A stretch of 63,429 nucleotides of DNA, filler included, from Choristocarpus tenellus KU-1152 (Eukaryota > Protista > Phaeophyceae), in NCBI GenBank assembly GCA_964200185.2. It is 10 parts of 10 records of this genome, joined end to end, with 100 filler letters (N's around TTAATTAATTAA, not from the genome) between each part and the next. Parts side by side here need not be neighbours in the genome. Positions count along the whole stretch, not along the records: positions 40,816 to 44,473 come from CAXNAD020018679.1; positions 44,574 to 52,398 come from CAXNAD020005532.1; positions 52,499 to 60,528 come from CAXNAD020005249.1; 7 more parts are not named here. One strand, 5' to 3'. Positions 40,816-53,674 of the stretch are shown here, one piece after another. Every line of letters begins with the position of its first letter. Position 1 is the first letter of the stretch. Made by a program: the position numbers and the translations under genes. The notes under the pieces are model-generated. The model was not told where the DNA came from, made no database searches, and was given only the letters and a program-made list of their open reading frames with translations.

Positions 40816-43307
40816 AGAGGTGAAGGAGTTTCAGTCCGGTGATTGTGATTGCCCCCTTGAGCAGAGAACTTGGCACCTTCGACATTTCCTCAAAATAACT
40901 ATTTCTAAACTTGCAAATAATTTTATTTCTTCACTTTCTAGTCTCCCATATGTGGCTTGTATTTGACTTTAAGACAATTGATTGGTCACGTTTTGCTAAA
41001 TCAACATACCTATTAAATATTATTTGTACTCTTCCATCTTTCAATATTTGTAAGTGCTCGTAAGAAGTTAAAAAAAATGCCGAAGCCTATAGTTTTGGTA
41101 TTAAGTCACCTTTGACCTCTGCTAATATTGTTTAAAAAACTAAATTAATTTATTAATACTGGTAAATGCAAGCGGTCACTATTTATTTATATCTCATGGC
41201 ATTATCTTACAGCCTAGGTAAAAAATTACCACGATCTCTAATTATATCATAAGTTTTGTGCACACCCTATTATAGAAAAATGGATCAATCTTATACAAGA
41301 TAATTTACTCTTCTACTGACTATAAGCAAAGAAAAACACATTGATCATATACAACTATAAGTTGATTTACCCCAACCTAATCAAAGTTCCATATTGGAAG
41401 CACAAGTGATCCATTCTTGGTGGAATGTAGTTTGAGTGATCTTTGGGGGCAAGTGCAGATGACTATCTAGGGGCGAGAGGTTGGGGCCTATTAGTTGTTG
41501 ATGTGATGGAGAGGTTCTTTGGAGAGGGGAGGGGGACGGTGCAAGTTGTTACAGGCATGGCATAAAGTCTGACTTGTAGGTTGGCAGAACTATTATTGGT
41601 GAGTTGTTTTTGTCTGATACTGCAGGGGAATATCCAAGTACTTGCTGTGGTCAAGTTACATACGCTGCACACACCTAACAGAAAGGCTTTTGTTTGAGAT
41701 GTTGATGCTATGTTTCGCGATTGTTGTTTGTAGTGATGCCTGAATACCTATGTCACCACTTACTTGTGTATTAGAGGAATTGGTTGGCATCCATTTTGTA
41801 TGTCATGTCTTGTGTCATCCAGTGTATAGTCAAACTATTATTGACAGGTACGTACTACTAGTACTTAGTAGCAATTCGTTACAAATGTAACAGAAATACC
41901 TCTCGCTCCTGTTGGCTGATCGATCCATTTTTACATGTTGGGGATGATGCCCCTAAATCAAGTCGTCAGTACCCCAATAGTGTTCATCACCTCTGCTACC
42001 TATTGATTCATCTATTGATAATGTCGTTGCTGTTCATGTGTGATAGGTGGCCATGACTATTGTTGCTTGTTTTCTCTGTCCGATACACTGCCATGGGAGT
42101 GAGAAGGGCATATGCTAGAGCACTACCGCTGGAGTACATGATAGTGGGTTGGATGAGGCTATGAATACTATCATTAACACCATAAAATAAGTAAACGCAG
42201 CAGCTATATTGGAAGAGTGAAAGTATGATGAACTACATATATATTGCATACAGTACAATGGGTCAGTTCACAAGACTCGACAATTTGGAAATATTTGAAA
42301 CAACCTAAAATCGTGGGTAGGTCATGTCACAAATAAATAGAAAACAGTTCGACTGGGAAAGGTTTGGTATTGTTAGGTGTGTTTTTGCACTTTCATTCAT
42401 AATATTAATAATAATTTAGTAATAACAGCATCACCATTAACAATCTATGATACGAAAAATACAATTACTGCTAGTAATGTATAGATAGAGTAGTAGTAGC
42501 TACGATGCCCTGGAACACTCTTGGTTGGGCAATGCAGACGATATTGCCACCACCTCACAATGTAAGAATATGGCCACTCCTTTATGTGGCAAATAACAGT
42601 CAAGTTGAGAACTTCATCCAATTCTAGGAGGTGCTAAACAACCTTTTAAGGCAAAATGGAGAGTAATCCTTTTTGGTTGGATGATGATTATACATGTATC
42701 ACAGGTAAGTGAGGAAGTGGTGTGCACCCAACAGAGAGAGCAACACAATAGGAATAAAATAAGAACCATAACAATAACACGAGATGAAGTATGACACACA
42801 CAGGAATGGTCAAATATATTGCGACAACTAACAGTATTTGGTTCTCTGAACTTGCAAACAATGGATCGTCTCTTGAGACTTGGCACTAAATAAAAATTCA
42901 ATTGCACGAAAGGATACCCAGCCTAAAGGTTAAGTACTAAAGTAGAAAACAACCGATCACAAACATGAAGCAGAGAAACACCAGCAGCCAAAACAGCTCT
43001 TCTACCAGGTACCCCAATGGGGGACAAGCACAGCACTCATCCCCACCGACTCACCAAAGGCGCAACAACCCCCCAAACCTCCACCAGAACTCATGACTCT
43101 GCATTGCCAGTTCAACACCAACAATTGCCGCAACCATCCATTTAACTTCCTGTAAATCTATCAAAATCTCTTCAACCAGCCCGTCCTCAATGAACAGCAC
43201 CTGCTATAGGGATCAACCACACCAGTAAAAAGCAGGGTGGAGGGTCCACACCACCACTGCCACATGACCCAGTACGGTATCGCCACTCAAGCCTCCCTTG
43301 CATCATT

Positions 43308-44303
43308 CTAGGTTTTGGTACCTACACTCTCTGGAAATGTTTCCTTCCCTCCCTTCCCTCCCATCAACAATCTTTGAACTTCAGCAAGCTGTCCATCCCT
43401 CGCAGCTGCCTGATACAACAGTGCGGTGGCCTCATCACCCAGGGCCATCCCTTTCAAGTTCCCCTCCTTTCATCACAAAATTTGAGCAATGATTTTGATG
43501 CCATTCCACACATCACATCCCGTCGAATCCGAATCGTATGTGTGTATATATGGGTGTGCCCCACGTTTTTTGGGTTAGGGTTAGGGGGAGATGAAGCAAC
43601 AGCAGCGGGAAATGTGGTGGTGAGGATGAGGCAAAGGGGGAGATAATGATAGGATGATGGTACGGCACTTGACGGAAGACTACTTGTCACAGACAATGAA
43701 ATGAGCAAGGGCTTTCCCAACAGGTGAGCCCATGAGAGAGGGGCATCTTCAGCATGAAAAAACCCCCCAACTTCTTTGAATTGGGTGCATCTTAGTTCCT
43801 TAGCACCACAAGCATTCCAAGGTATCATTTCCTATCACAGAACATAAAAAACGAAGTGTCGGGATAACTTCCAGGCGTACACTTGAAAGAAGCCCAACCC
43901 AAACATCTCTTGGTAGGTATTTTCAAAGCAACAGGTACGCCACAATGGTGCTTCTCAAGCCCCCATATCATATCATATCACATCATATCATAGCATGCAC
44001 ATGGCAAGAAGCAAACCTCAGGAAGCTGGTAACATGATCGTATTACATACATAATACACAATACAGACATACATGATATATACAAAATGGAACTTGAGCC
44101 AAAAAAAAAATAGTCATCCTGTGTCACTCACAGCCTTTCCCCCTCCCCCCCAACATGTGTAAGCACACACACTTAGAAGTATATACTTGTTTGTTACCTC
44201 TACTAGCTCAGCTATCGCCTTCCAGTCTCCCAGCACATGTCTGCTCGTCAGCGCCTGGACTGCTGTTCTATACATGGGTTCATTGAGAGCAATTGACTTC
44301 GAC
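43308..44303 (-). CDS. PPR-like helical-repeat protein, 3' exons (partial)
   Basis: Exon 44303-44198 (SKSIALNEPMYRTAVQALTSRHVLGDWKAIAELVE|gt) joins in phase 0 to 43466-43308 (EGNLKGMALGDEATALLYQAAARDGQLAEVQRLL..*), giving a PPR-like pattern; a further candidate exon at ~43201-43056. Confidence 0.5.
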
Positions 44304-44473
44304 CTGTGTTTACAGTTAGTCACCCGTCACACACGTGTTGTACATTAATACATTAATACATTAATACATTAATACATACATATATGTGTATATGTGTATA
44401 GGTATGAGAGTAAAAAACCTAGCACGTTAGAAAAAAAAAAAACACTAACAGGGACAGGAGGAAAGGAAGGGAA

Positions 44474-44573
44474 NNNNNNNNNNNNNNNNNNNNNNNNNNN
44501 NNNNNNNNNNNNNNNNNTTAATTAATTAANNNNNNNNNNNNNNNNNNNNNNNNNNNNNNNNNNNNNNNNNNNN
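44474..44573. other. Artificial contig linker
   Basis: N44-TTAATTAATTAA-N44. Confidence 0.97.
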
Positions 44574-45279
44574 AAAAATTGGACCTGAGGGGGCGGCCCC
44601 CCCCCCCCCCCCCCAGATACTTTGTGTCCCAGAGGTTGAGATTCTTCCTGAAGAAGGTCCCACTCTATCTTGTTCACATGATATTGTGTTGTGGATACCA
44701 CATATTCACCTTTTCTGTTCACTCCACTCATCCATATCAGGCTTAGTTCAAGAAACTGTATTTGCATTAGTGTTCTCCCCTGTGTGTGATTGTCTGCTGG
44801 AAAAATATATTGTATGTACAAGACAGCACTCAGTCATCCTGTAGGGCCATTTCTGTATCTATGGGTGAGGCATTGAGTGGGAGGTGGATTTGAGTAATAG
44901 ACAACCAAGTGAAAAGGGAAAGTGTGGAGAATCGCCTTTATCTCCTCGGAGATGTCATTGACATGACAAACAAGGTGATATATGTGGCTTAGTTTACCAG
45001 TTCCATCGTTTTGGGCCATCATGTCAAGAAGGTGACTTGAGCTCTTTTTTTTTGTTCAGGATCTTGTGTCCTGGAAGCACTTTGTGGATTCTGTGCTAAT
45101 AAACCTACACTTGTCCTAACCCAGAGCTGAGATCTCCTGCCAGCAGCAAGGAGATGATATATCAATATATGCTCTGATGTTACTGTAGATGTGTTACCAT
45201 AACACTTTGAGAGCATTCACATTATCTCTATAGCGTCCATTGCCAGTGCAACATTCTGGGTCATTTACTCTGTAACGTT

Positions 45280-45590
45280 TGTTGTCCAGCAAAATACTCA
45301 AGCCAACTTGCGCTACAACTTCAACTGTCCAGAGCACCTGGTGCCAGTTGCATATTAACGTTCGGTGTCAAGTAAAAGATTGAGGCCATGATTCTGTATC
45401 CTTTGTCCAGGTAATGCTTGGGCTTAATCGTTCAGAAACATGAGTTGTCCTCAACAATGCTCAGGGATATTTTCTCTCCAACACCAGTTGTCCTGGAGAG
45501 CACTCAGAGCGATTTTCTCTCTAACCTTTGCTGTCCAGGGTAATCCTCTTGGGGGCATACGCTCCATAGAATATGTTGTCCAGATATTGT
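45280..45590. repeat. Decayed ~43-bp periodic array with conserved TGTCC(A/T)G core
   Basis: Core at 45283, 45326, 45366, 45404, 45446, 45489, 45532, 45577. Confidence 0.55.
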
Positions 45591-45886
45591 TTCAACACGT
45601 ACAAAGATAAAGGCAAATTCTGTAAGCGTTTTGTTTTCTGAAGTGAGTTCTTTTTTTCCTGTTCAAACTAGAAATGGGTTCCGCCCCCAATACCAACTCT
45701 ATGTTCAATTAATTTGCTTTCTTCAAATATCGTGTGCCATTCCCATATTCAGATCGCCCCCTCAATATCACAGCATACTAACATATCTTTCACCGACTGC
45801 GGCAGAACAAATGCTGGGTAACGTACGATCCCAACATGGGAAACATTCGATCTCAACATGTCTTTTTTTCTGAAATTCCAACGATT

Positions 45887-46141
45887 GAGTGAAAGTATCT
45901 TAGAGGGTACGAATTTTGCCCTGTTTGTCCATTTGGGGCTTGGCTTCCCATGGGGTTTTTTATGACATTTTCCTACTCCAAAATGTTTCAGAGTAGATGA
46001 AATGTATATGTTATGAAAAGGTGTGTCTGAAACATAGATATTGACACTTCCTAACAAACATGATAGCCAAAATTACATCAAAATCGCAACATTATATTTC
46101 GACCCCCAAATGGACGCATCTCTACCCTCTAAGAAATCTTT
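45887..46141. mobile_element. MITE family B copy
   Basis: Colinear with 16908-17165. Confidence 0.85.
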
Positions 46142-48646
46142 CAATAGTATTTTGTAGGAAGAGCCACTGGACATCACTCAACTTTAGGAAGAACATCTGA
46201 AGGGATATGAATAAATCTAAACTTGATCTTTCAGAGTACATTCGACGTTCAACCGATAAAATCGAACAGCACATACAATTGTGCACTTTGTATATGAAGT
46301 ATATAAACGAGCCTTCAAGACCCAAAGGTATATGTGTGTGGATTGTTTCACTTCCTGTTTCAAACTTTGAAGCTCCTTCCCACTCCACTGCAAAAACAGG
46401 TCAGCGAGGATAGTGATGGTCACGGGTGTAGCAATTCTGATGGACTCACTAAATACCTTGATCTCGTCTGCAAGTCGTATTTGGGATAAATCTGTTGCGG
46501 ATATCTTCTGGATCTTTCCGGTAAGAGATTGGGATTGGTGTATTTGTGCACGGCCATTTCCAAGGAACGTCCAGCACATAACTTGACTCATAATGGTATT
46601 GACATACACGTTTGCGTATGGGGTGCCACCAAACACCTGCTATATACAGTGTAGCAGTACAGTAGTATTGCGTTGAATGTAACCCTGTGTCCGTAAGTTT
46701 ATGTAACCATGCTGATGCATGGTAGCATGGGGTGTACCCCAGCACTATGGTAACCAGCAGAGTATTGCATACCTTCACACAACTAACAGCATATCAGTAT
46801 GTGTCGCTCCTTCCAAGAACTACACTTCTTAATGGTGGAAGCCTCAAACCTACAGTCCCACCTGAGATACTGCACGGTGCCTTGTCTCTGATGCGGTTGA
46901 TGATGTGTATAGTTCATCTGATCTCTGGGTTAATCTGAGTCTGTCTCAATGCATAGAAATCCATTAAATTAATGCCTGTGGCCCGCCCTGATTCGTGTCA
47001 ATGATGCACGCAGCAGTTACTTACTATCTTGTATATGTATGTAGTTACGCATATGAAGAAGCTCTATTGTTGTTTCGTCTCTATCAATATAGTGTTGTGG
47101 TTTCGCCTATGTGTTTCACGCTGCACATCATTTAATGAAAACAGTTGTTGCTTGCGATCTAAATGATACAATCTGTTGATTCATCGTAACCACTTCAGTA
47201 GATATCACTTTGGTGCCCACAAGCAAGTATAGGCCGTAAGGCAGTGACTTTACTGGGCAACACCTTTACGATGTGGTTCCGATGGTATGCTGATTCCATA
47301 GTGCTTGGGAATGATACAAGATGAAAAACTCATGGGCAAATCCAACCTTCGTCTGCTACAAGATAGGTGTACTAATGGTTAGGCAAACCTAAATTCTAGA
47401 CCCTCCTCTATTCGAAATCTTCGGTTTTCTGCAAGCTGATTTCATGTAGAAAAAGAAAATTAATGCCAAGGACATAACCCCAAAAAAGGTTTAGCAGTAA
47501 CAACATCGAACATACATGCCCACACTCCCTGGAAAATGTAAAACATTCAAGATTGTTTTGGGGGAGGCATTAACACATATACAGCAATTGGATGCCATCA
47601 TCTTAGGGTTTTTGGAGGGCTCAATTGTGTTCGTTCTAGACTAGAATCAGGCATTATTTATAGTTTGAAGTTTATATTTTCAAAGTGACTTCCTTAGAAC
47701 ACAGTCTACCAAACAACTGTGTGTATTTATTGATTAGATTCAATCTTAGACGAATGTGCCTTCTACAGGCGTAATGTTAACAACCCAAACTCTACATTCT
47801 GAGAAAATATAGTCGAATTCGTAGTTTTGAGGGGAAAATACTTCAAGACTACCTAGCCCTTGGAAGGATGAATTTGCAAAGTTTTCGGCTTAAGTATGTT
47901 CTGGGAGATACGATCAAAACCCCATATGATGTCGTTGCAGGATTCGATAAGGCATTAATTACTCTGTTACGGTAAGTCAGAAACTGATCATTTCCTTAAT
48001 GCAGTTGACCTAGCAACCTGAAACACCTTGACGAGTGTTTATGTTGGTGAAGTTTCACAGGTGTTAAAGAATCACTCCACATATTAAATCCGAATAAGAA
48101 AACATTACTACATAATTGTCCGCAAACCCCATCGAGTATGAGCCAAACCAATGGAGCGGTAGGCAGGTTTGAACTCTTTTGCATTCTAGGCAATATTTCT
48201 TACCCTGTGCCGTACACTCTATTTTATTGCTTCATGTGCGCTAAAGTGTACGCAAAGTTTATATTCCCCCTTTCCACACAAAACCTGACACCACAATATC
48301 AGCAAAAACTCAAAGGCTATTTCCACAAACGTACAAAATGGCATATTTCTCCCCTTCTCAGAATCCTTCATATGCAACCCTGCCTATGTCTCAGTTAATT
48401 TGGCTCAGATATGCTCTCCTTTGAAGAAGCCACCATTGAACTTAGCTTCATACTCCAAGAATTGACTTTGTGATGCTCTTTATATCTTGGGCAACGATTC
48501 TTGCATGGTGATAATACATAGAAGTTTTATCGTGAGTCAATACACCTGAAGACAATTTCGAATCGGTCGATTTTGTGTGAGTAGGGCATTTTTTGTTCCA
48601 CCTTCATGTGGGTCTGGAGAGATTGCAGAAATTGCAACAGTGTTCA

Positions 48647-48904
48647 GAGCCAGAGTAAACACGAGGTACCCAGGTTTTGGCTATTTCGCAATTTAAGCCA
48701 GTTGATAATCTTTTGCGATTCATCCATATTTCTATGGATGAAGTGCTGCGTTTGACTTGAGAGCGTTGGTTTCTCTTTTGTTTGAAGCTTTGTGACAGAA
48801 TTTAGATAATGCTCAATTCGCATTTTTGAAAACCCACAAATTTTGCGCTTATTTGTCAGCACTCTTAAAATGCAATTCTGGTTACCACTCGTTTACTTTG
48901 ACTC
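48647..48904. mobile_element. MITE family A copy
   Basis: Ends gagccagagtaaac..ggtacccagg / caattctggttaccactcgtttactttgactc; TCA on both flanks. Confidence 0.7.
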
Positions 48905-50079
48905 TCAGGAATATTAAAGTATCAACGGTTTGGACACTTTTACGTGGATAGTCACGTGCAGTGTCACACTTAGACTTGTCAATCACGCTCTTTCTAGGTC
49001 CATATGAGATAGAAAACCAAAGCGTTTTCATGAACACTATCTACATATTTTATATGAGCATTCTTCTTTCTGCTTTTGGGAAAAAAAATACAACCTACAT
49101 ATTTGTTGATGTCACAATGGTTATAGAAAGCCATTGACCCCATACAGAGTAGAAAGGTTGGGGAAATTGGTTTGGCAAGCTTATGGTGAGAGTGTGAGCT
49201 GCTCACTGCTGCGCATTCTAGGAGGCTGAGGTACAATTTGCACATGATGCATGCATGGCAATGCAACGATAAAGAATGCTCAACCACCATCAGTCCATCC
49301 CAAGTCCACACAAAACCGAGGGATAGTGTGGGTTCACTAGCTCATTGTCTGAAAAACATGTTTGGAATATTCTTGTAGAAATGTTACATACCTCCAACCC
49401 AATTGAATCGAGACAACGTGATTGAGTCTCTGCTTTGTGTTGTCCATTTTGACGAACAATGATATACTCAGTATCAATCAAGATGCGAATTCTGTTTTTG
49501 TTTTCCTTGGCGTAATATTCTGCGAATTGTTTTTTGCCAGTAGTATTCAATTTACGGTATGCAGGGTCTGCACTTCTCACCTTATTGGTGTTTGCATGTG
49601 AGCCTACGTTTGTCAAATACCTGGCCGTGTGTCATATGGAGATAGGTCCAAGAGACAAGGATGGCCGTAGACAGATTGGCAAGCCCTTGCACAGATCGAC
49701 ATCTATTGATCAGTATACTGCTCTTGCTTTAATTTAATTTTTGAAGCACCTTCCTGAACCCATACGATCATCTACGTGAATATGACCAGTCCCCACCTCC
49801 ACTTGTGCGCTGTTCTCCTCTTCTCAATCCTTGGCTTGTTTGACTTGATATGAGGGAGCAGATGATATTTTTCGCCCTCTCCGTGTTCTTGACGAGCTAC
49901 ATCGCCCGTGCCCTGCGATTGGCTGTTGTTTTCTTCCCTAGGGCAAGACATGCCTTTCCCTGGCTCATACCAGTGAGTGAGGTGCATTTTATTTTGGATC
50001 AAACTTATAGGATGATGTGGTTAATGTGATAAATTCATTATATTGTGCAGGTACGAATACGACTAGGAGATGGTCTCTC

Positions 50080-50350
50080 TTCTATTTCCATCCACCACAA
50101 TTCTCCCTTGTTCTTGATGCTAGTATGATGGTGGATGGAACCTTGTGAAAATTTGCTTGTTCCTCACGTAGTCTCATTTGGGCCTTGATTGTATTTTTGC
50201 CTCTCATTAGGCTGGAGTTGAGGCTGATTCCATCCACTACCAATACATTGTCTTCAAGAACAATACCAAAGCTTGTGATAGTGAGACCTAGCAAGTGAAT
50301 TAAGAGTGAGTGTAAAGAATCTTCACTATGAGTCTTGTGTCACTCCAGGG
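50080..50350 (-). mobile_element. Decayed non-LTR reverse transcriptase remnant
   Basis: GVTQDS..(GV.QG-like), then GITITSFGIVLEDNVLVVDG-like (YADD-like) and ..QANFHK; probably extends to ~51700. Confidence 0.35.
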
Positions 50351-51920
50351 GACAGCTACAATGCTGTGATGTAAGTATACACATTCTGGCATCTCCCACA
50401 CTGATCGAGGGGAAACATGATCAAGAAGAGTAATATGAAGTAACGGTACAATACTTGCCTACATGTACTAAAATTTCCCTAACCATTCCACTCTCCTGCC
50501 GTACCAAACCATGTGTTCGCATGCTTCATGCTGTCAACAAAGATAGTAGTGTGTTGCATTATATTCTAAGTATTCGATAGGGCAACACCTTATCTGACCT
50601 TTTGACCCCCCTGTGCCTTCTAGGAGCGAAACCACATTGCATTCCTCCTCGTGGTGGGTCTGTTTTTCATGTCATTTCCCATCTACTACTACAGGACATT
50701 GAACTTTATGTGAGATGCGCAAAGATTGAATGCAATTTGGTAGTTAAAGCATGTTTTGAAGGAGTTATCACACTACAGAAAGAGATTTTGTTTATCATTC
50801 GCGATCTTTGATTTGATTATCACTTCTCAACGCTCCTTCTACCCCACATATCGCTGCCTATCCCGACTTTTAATCAGAGAGTTTACCCTTCGCATTACAA
50901 CCGTAAGGGACTATATGTTGATCGCCATTTCAGCAACTTTGGGACTTCTATATCCTATCATCAGGCAAGTCTTTAATTCCCTGTCCCTCCTATAAGAGAC
51001 CCATTTGTCCTGATACGGGACAGCTACGTTGAGTCTTGTTTGTAGATGTTTCCTTTGATGACGACGTCGTTTGGTTAGGATGCCACAAAATTAGAGAGTG
51101 TTTTGTTTGGCTTCCTGCTCTGTTGTGTCTTACCCAAATTCGAGCCTACGATAGTGTAGCTTTTCTGCATCTCTGCAGGGATTGGTTACCCTCCCAAAAT
51201 AATGCATCTTTCAAGCTTTCACGATATGAATGGTCTGGAGACTGAAGGTAAACGTCCAGGTGATGAGGTAATTTTCTGTGGTAGAGCTGACTGGAAACAG
51301 ATTGGATATGAAAGGAATTTCAAAATAGGCTCCAGGACAGGCAAATATGCTCTACCTTTACTATCCAGTTTATGGTAAAGTGACAGTGGGACTGTACCTT
51401 TCATATATATTGAGTAAGTTCATGAACTTCTTAACCCTCCCAGTTTTGCCTAACAGACTGTGGATCGCATGCAGCAGAAAATGGTACAGCTTGTTTCTCA
51501 CCAACTTTTGGACTAGAACTGTTGCCCCCTACGTAAATACCGCCAAGAGCAGGGGATGGCAAAAGGTGCAACATGATGTTTTTTCAACATTATTTTTTGG
51601 TGCTTTTTGCAGGCTATTCCATGGCTGTGAGCCAGATGTCAGTATGCATGACTACAAATCAGCGATGTAAACACACCTAGTACCAAACTTAGTACTACAT
51701 CCAAATGCCCTACAAAGTCGTGCTCAACCCTTACAACACTTTCCTTCTAGTAGTGACTTGGTTGAGTTATGGTAAGTTGCTATAGTGGATGCATCATTGG
51801 CAGCAGGTTTGTGGTTTTGAAGCAGTTGCTCAAGTAAAAGGTTGCGGTCCTTGTCCTGGTAAGGGCCTTACAATGCTACAGATGAAGGTCGAGACGTCTG
51901 TGGTAGTAAGCATGACTTTT

Positions 51921-52058
51921 GAATCAAAGTATCTTAGAGGGTAGAGCCACGTCCATTCAGCAGCCAAAATGCAATATTGCAATTTTGATGGAATTTCGGC
52001 TATCGTGTTTGTTAGGGAATGTCAATCTCCTTGTTCCGGACACACCTTTCCATAACAT
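51921..52058. mobile_element. Partial MITE family B
   Basis: gaatcaaagtatcttagagggtagagc..ggctatcgtgtttgttagggaatgtcaat, reverse complement of the 17165 end. Confidence 0.75.
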
Positions 52059-52156
52059 GCATTTTGTTTTGCTCACGAATTCTGGATTATTATAATTTTA
52101 TTCTACATTTGTATTCCTGCCTATTCCCTTTTCACCCCATATTTTAACAACCCTTG

Positions 52157-52398
52157 TGACCAACCAGTGCGACCTCTTCGCCCCTGATTTCCAGTCACCC
52201 CCACATCTGATGACAAACCAGGGCGAACCCCCTTTGCCCCTGATTTCCTGTCAACCCTACATCTGATGACCAACCAAGGCAAACCCCCTTCGCCCCTGAT
52301 TTCCAGTCACCCCTACATCTGATGACCAACCAAGGCAAACCCCCTTCGCCCCTGATTTCCAGTCACCCCTACATCTGATGACCAACCAAGGCAAACCC
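52157..52398. repeat. 56-bp minisatellite (~4.3 copies, runs off contig end)
   Basis: gatgaccaaccaaggcaaacccccttcgcccctgatttccagtcacccctacatct units. Confidence 0.92.
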
Positions 52399-52498
52399 NN
52401 NNNNNNNNNNNNNNNNNNNNNNNNNNNNNNNNNNNNNNNNNNTTAATTAATTAANNNNNNNNNNNNNNNNNNNNNNNNNNNNNNNNNNNNNNNNNNNN
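52399..52498. other. Artificial contig linker
   Basis: N44-TTAATTAATTAA-N44. Confidence 0.97.
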
Positions 52499-52642
52499 GC
52501 AACACAGGGGGCCACGCAGGCGACAAAAGCCACCCCCTTGCTGTGGAAGCAACATGGTGTTTTCGGGCAACAGGCAGTCTTGGGTAGTGAGAAGGTCTAG
52601 GAGTGATGAGATTCGAAGCCGGGTGTATGAACGATGTTTGAG

Positions 52643-53370
52643 CTCCGGGTGATCCGTGGGACCACCCTGAGATCCATGTGCCGGGAAATACGTGCATTAC
52701 GGTTTTTGGAAGTTGTAAATCCGATTATATCCGTACTTACAATTTTTTTAAATACAAAGCACATACTTAATTGATCTTGTACATTTCCAATGTTCCGAAA
52801 CCGAAAGGTAAAAAAAACTGACACCCTCTAATTGATTTAAGTACAAAATCTTAGATTGTTGGACATTTGTATTCTTAAAAATACTAGAGACGACAAAAAG
52901 CGATTCTTGAGTTTCGGTGGTCCGTTCGGATCGCCTAAACCATTTAACACCCAAAACACATGCATTAGGATTTTTAGAAATAGTAAATCCAGCAATAACC
53001 GTTCTTACAATTTTTTTAATACAAAGCACGTACTTTATGGGTCTCACACGTTTCCAACGTTCAGAAACTAAAAGGTCACTTTCAACTTGTACCTACAATT
53101 TATTTAAATACTGAAGCCGCTTTTTGGCGACTTTAGGATTCTTAAAAATACTAGAGACGAAAAAAAGCGGCTCCGGAGATTTAATGATCCGGAAAAACCG
53201 GATCATTAAAACTATTAAAGAGCCAAAACACGTGCGTTAGAGTTTTTACGAAATAATATAAATATTCTAATCTTTACATCAACAAATAAAAATACAAACC
53301 ACATCCTTCATTGGTCCAATACATTTGAAACGTATGAAACGAAAAGATCACAAAAAACGAACACTCTCTA
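52643..53370. repeat. ~268-bp diverged tandem array (~2.7 units) with conserved hairpins
   Basis: attcttaaaaatactagagacga at 52871 and 53138; aaa(c/t)ac(a/g)tgc.tta blocks at ~52686/52953/53225; equivalent hairpins at 52643-52671, 52912-52939, 53180-53210. Confidence 0.85.
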
Positions 53371-53674
53371 TCTCTTTTCAACATGAAATCGTATGCTATT
53401 CGATCTTCGTATTTTTTATTACACAATGGTCAATGGAAAGAGAAATCGGAGTTTTGAGGACCGACCGACCAGATGAAATAAAGCAGCACCTCCCATCCCT
53501 CAGTCCTCATTTCAATTCATTCCGTTCCGTACATACCACGCACACCTTTAATTTATTGATCCCCGTCACACCCTCCCAGTCTTCGCCATATCCAGCATTC
53601 GCTCAACAACAATCCACCCGCCCACCGATGGCGCTGCCCACGGATAGAGATCGTGGGACAGCAATCTGAAGGGC

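Noticed and set aside
763-44303. Apparent cluster of mitochondrial genes (SAM50, ABCB6/ATM1-type, mL40, MCU, PPR)
   Set aside because: Each lies on a different contig; adjacency is an assembly artefact.
52157-52398. CRISPR-like appearance of the 56-bp repeats next to the ParB contig
   Set aside because: Whole units repeat with no unique spacers, no cas genes, and a linker separates them from the ParB contig.
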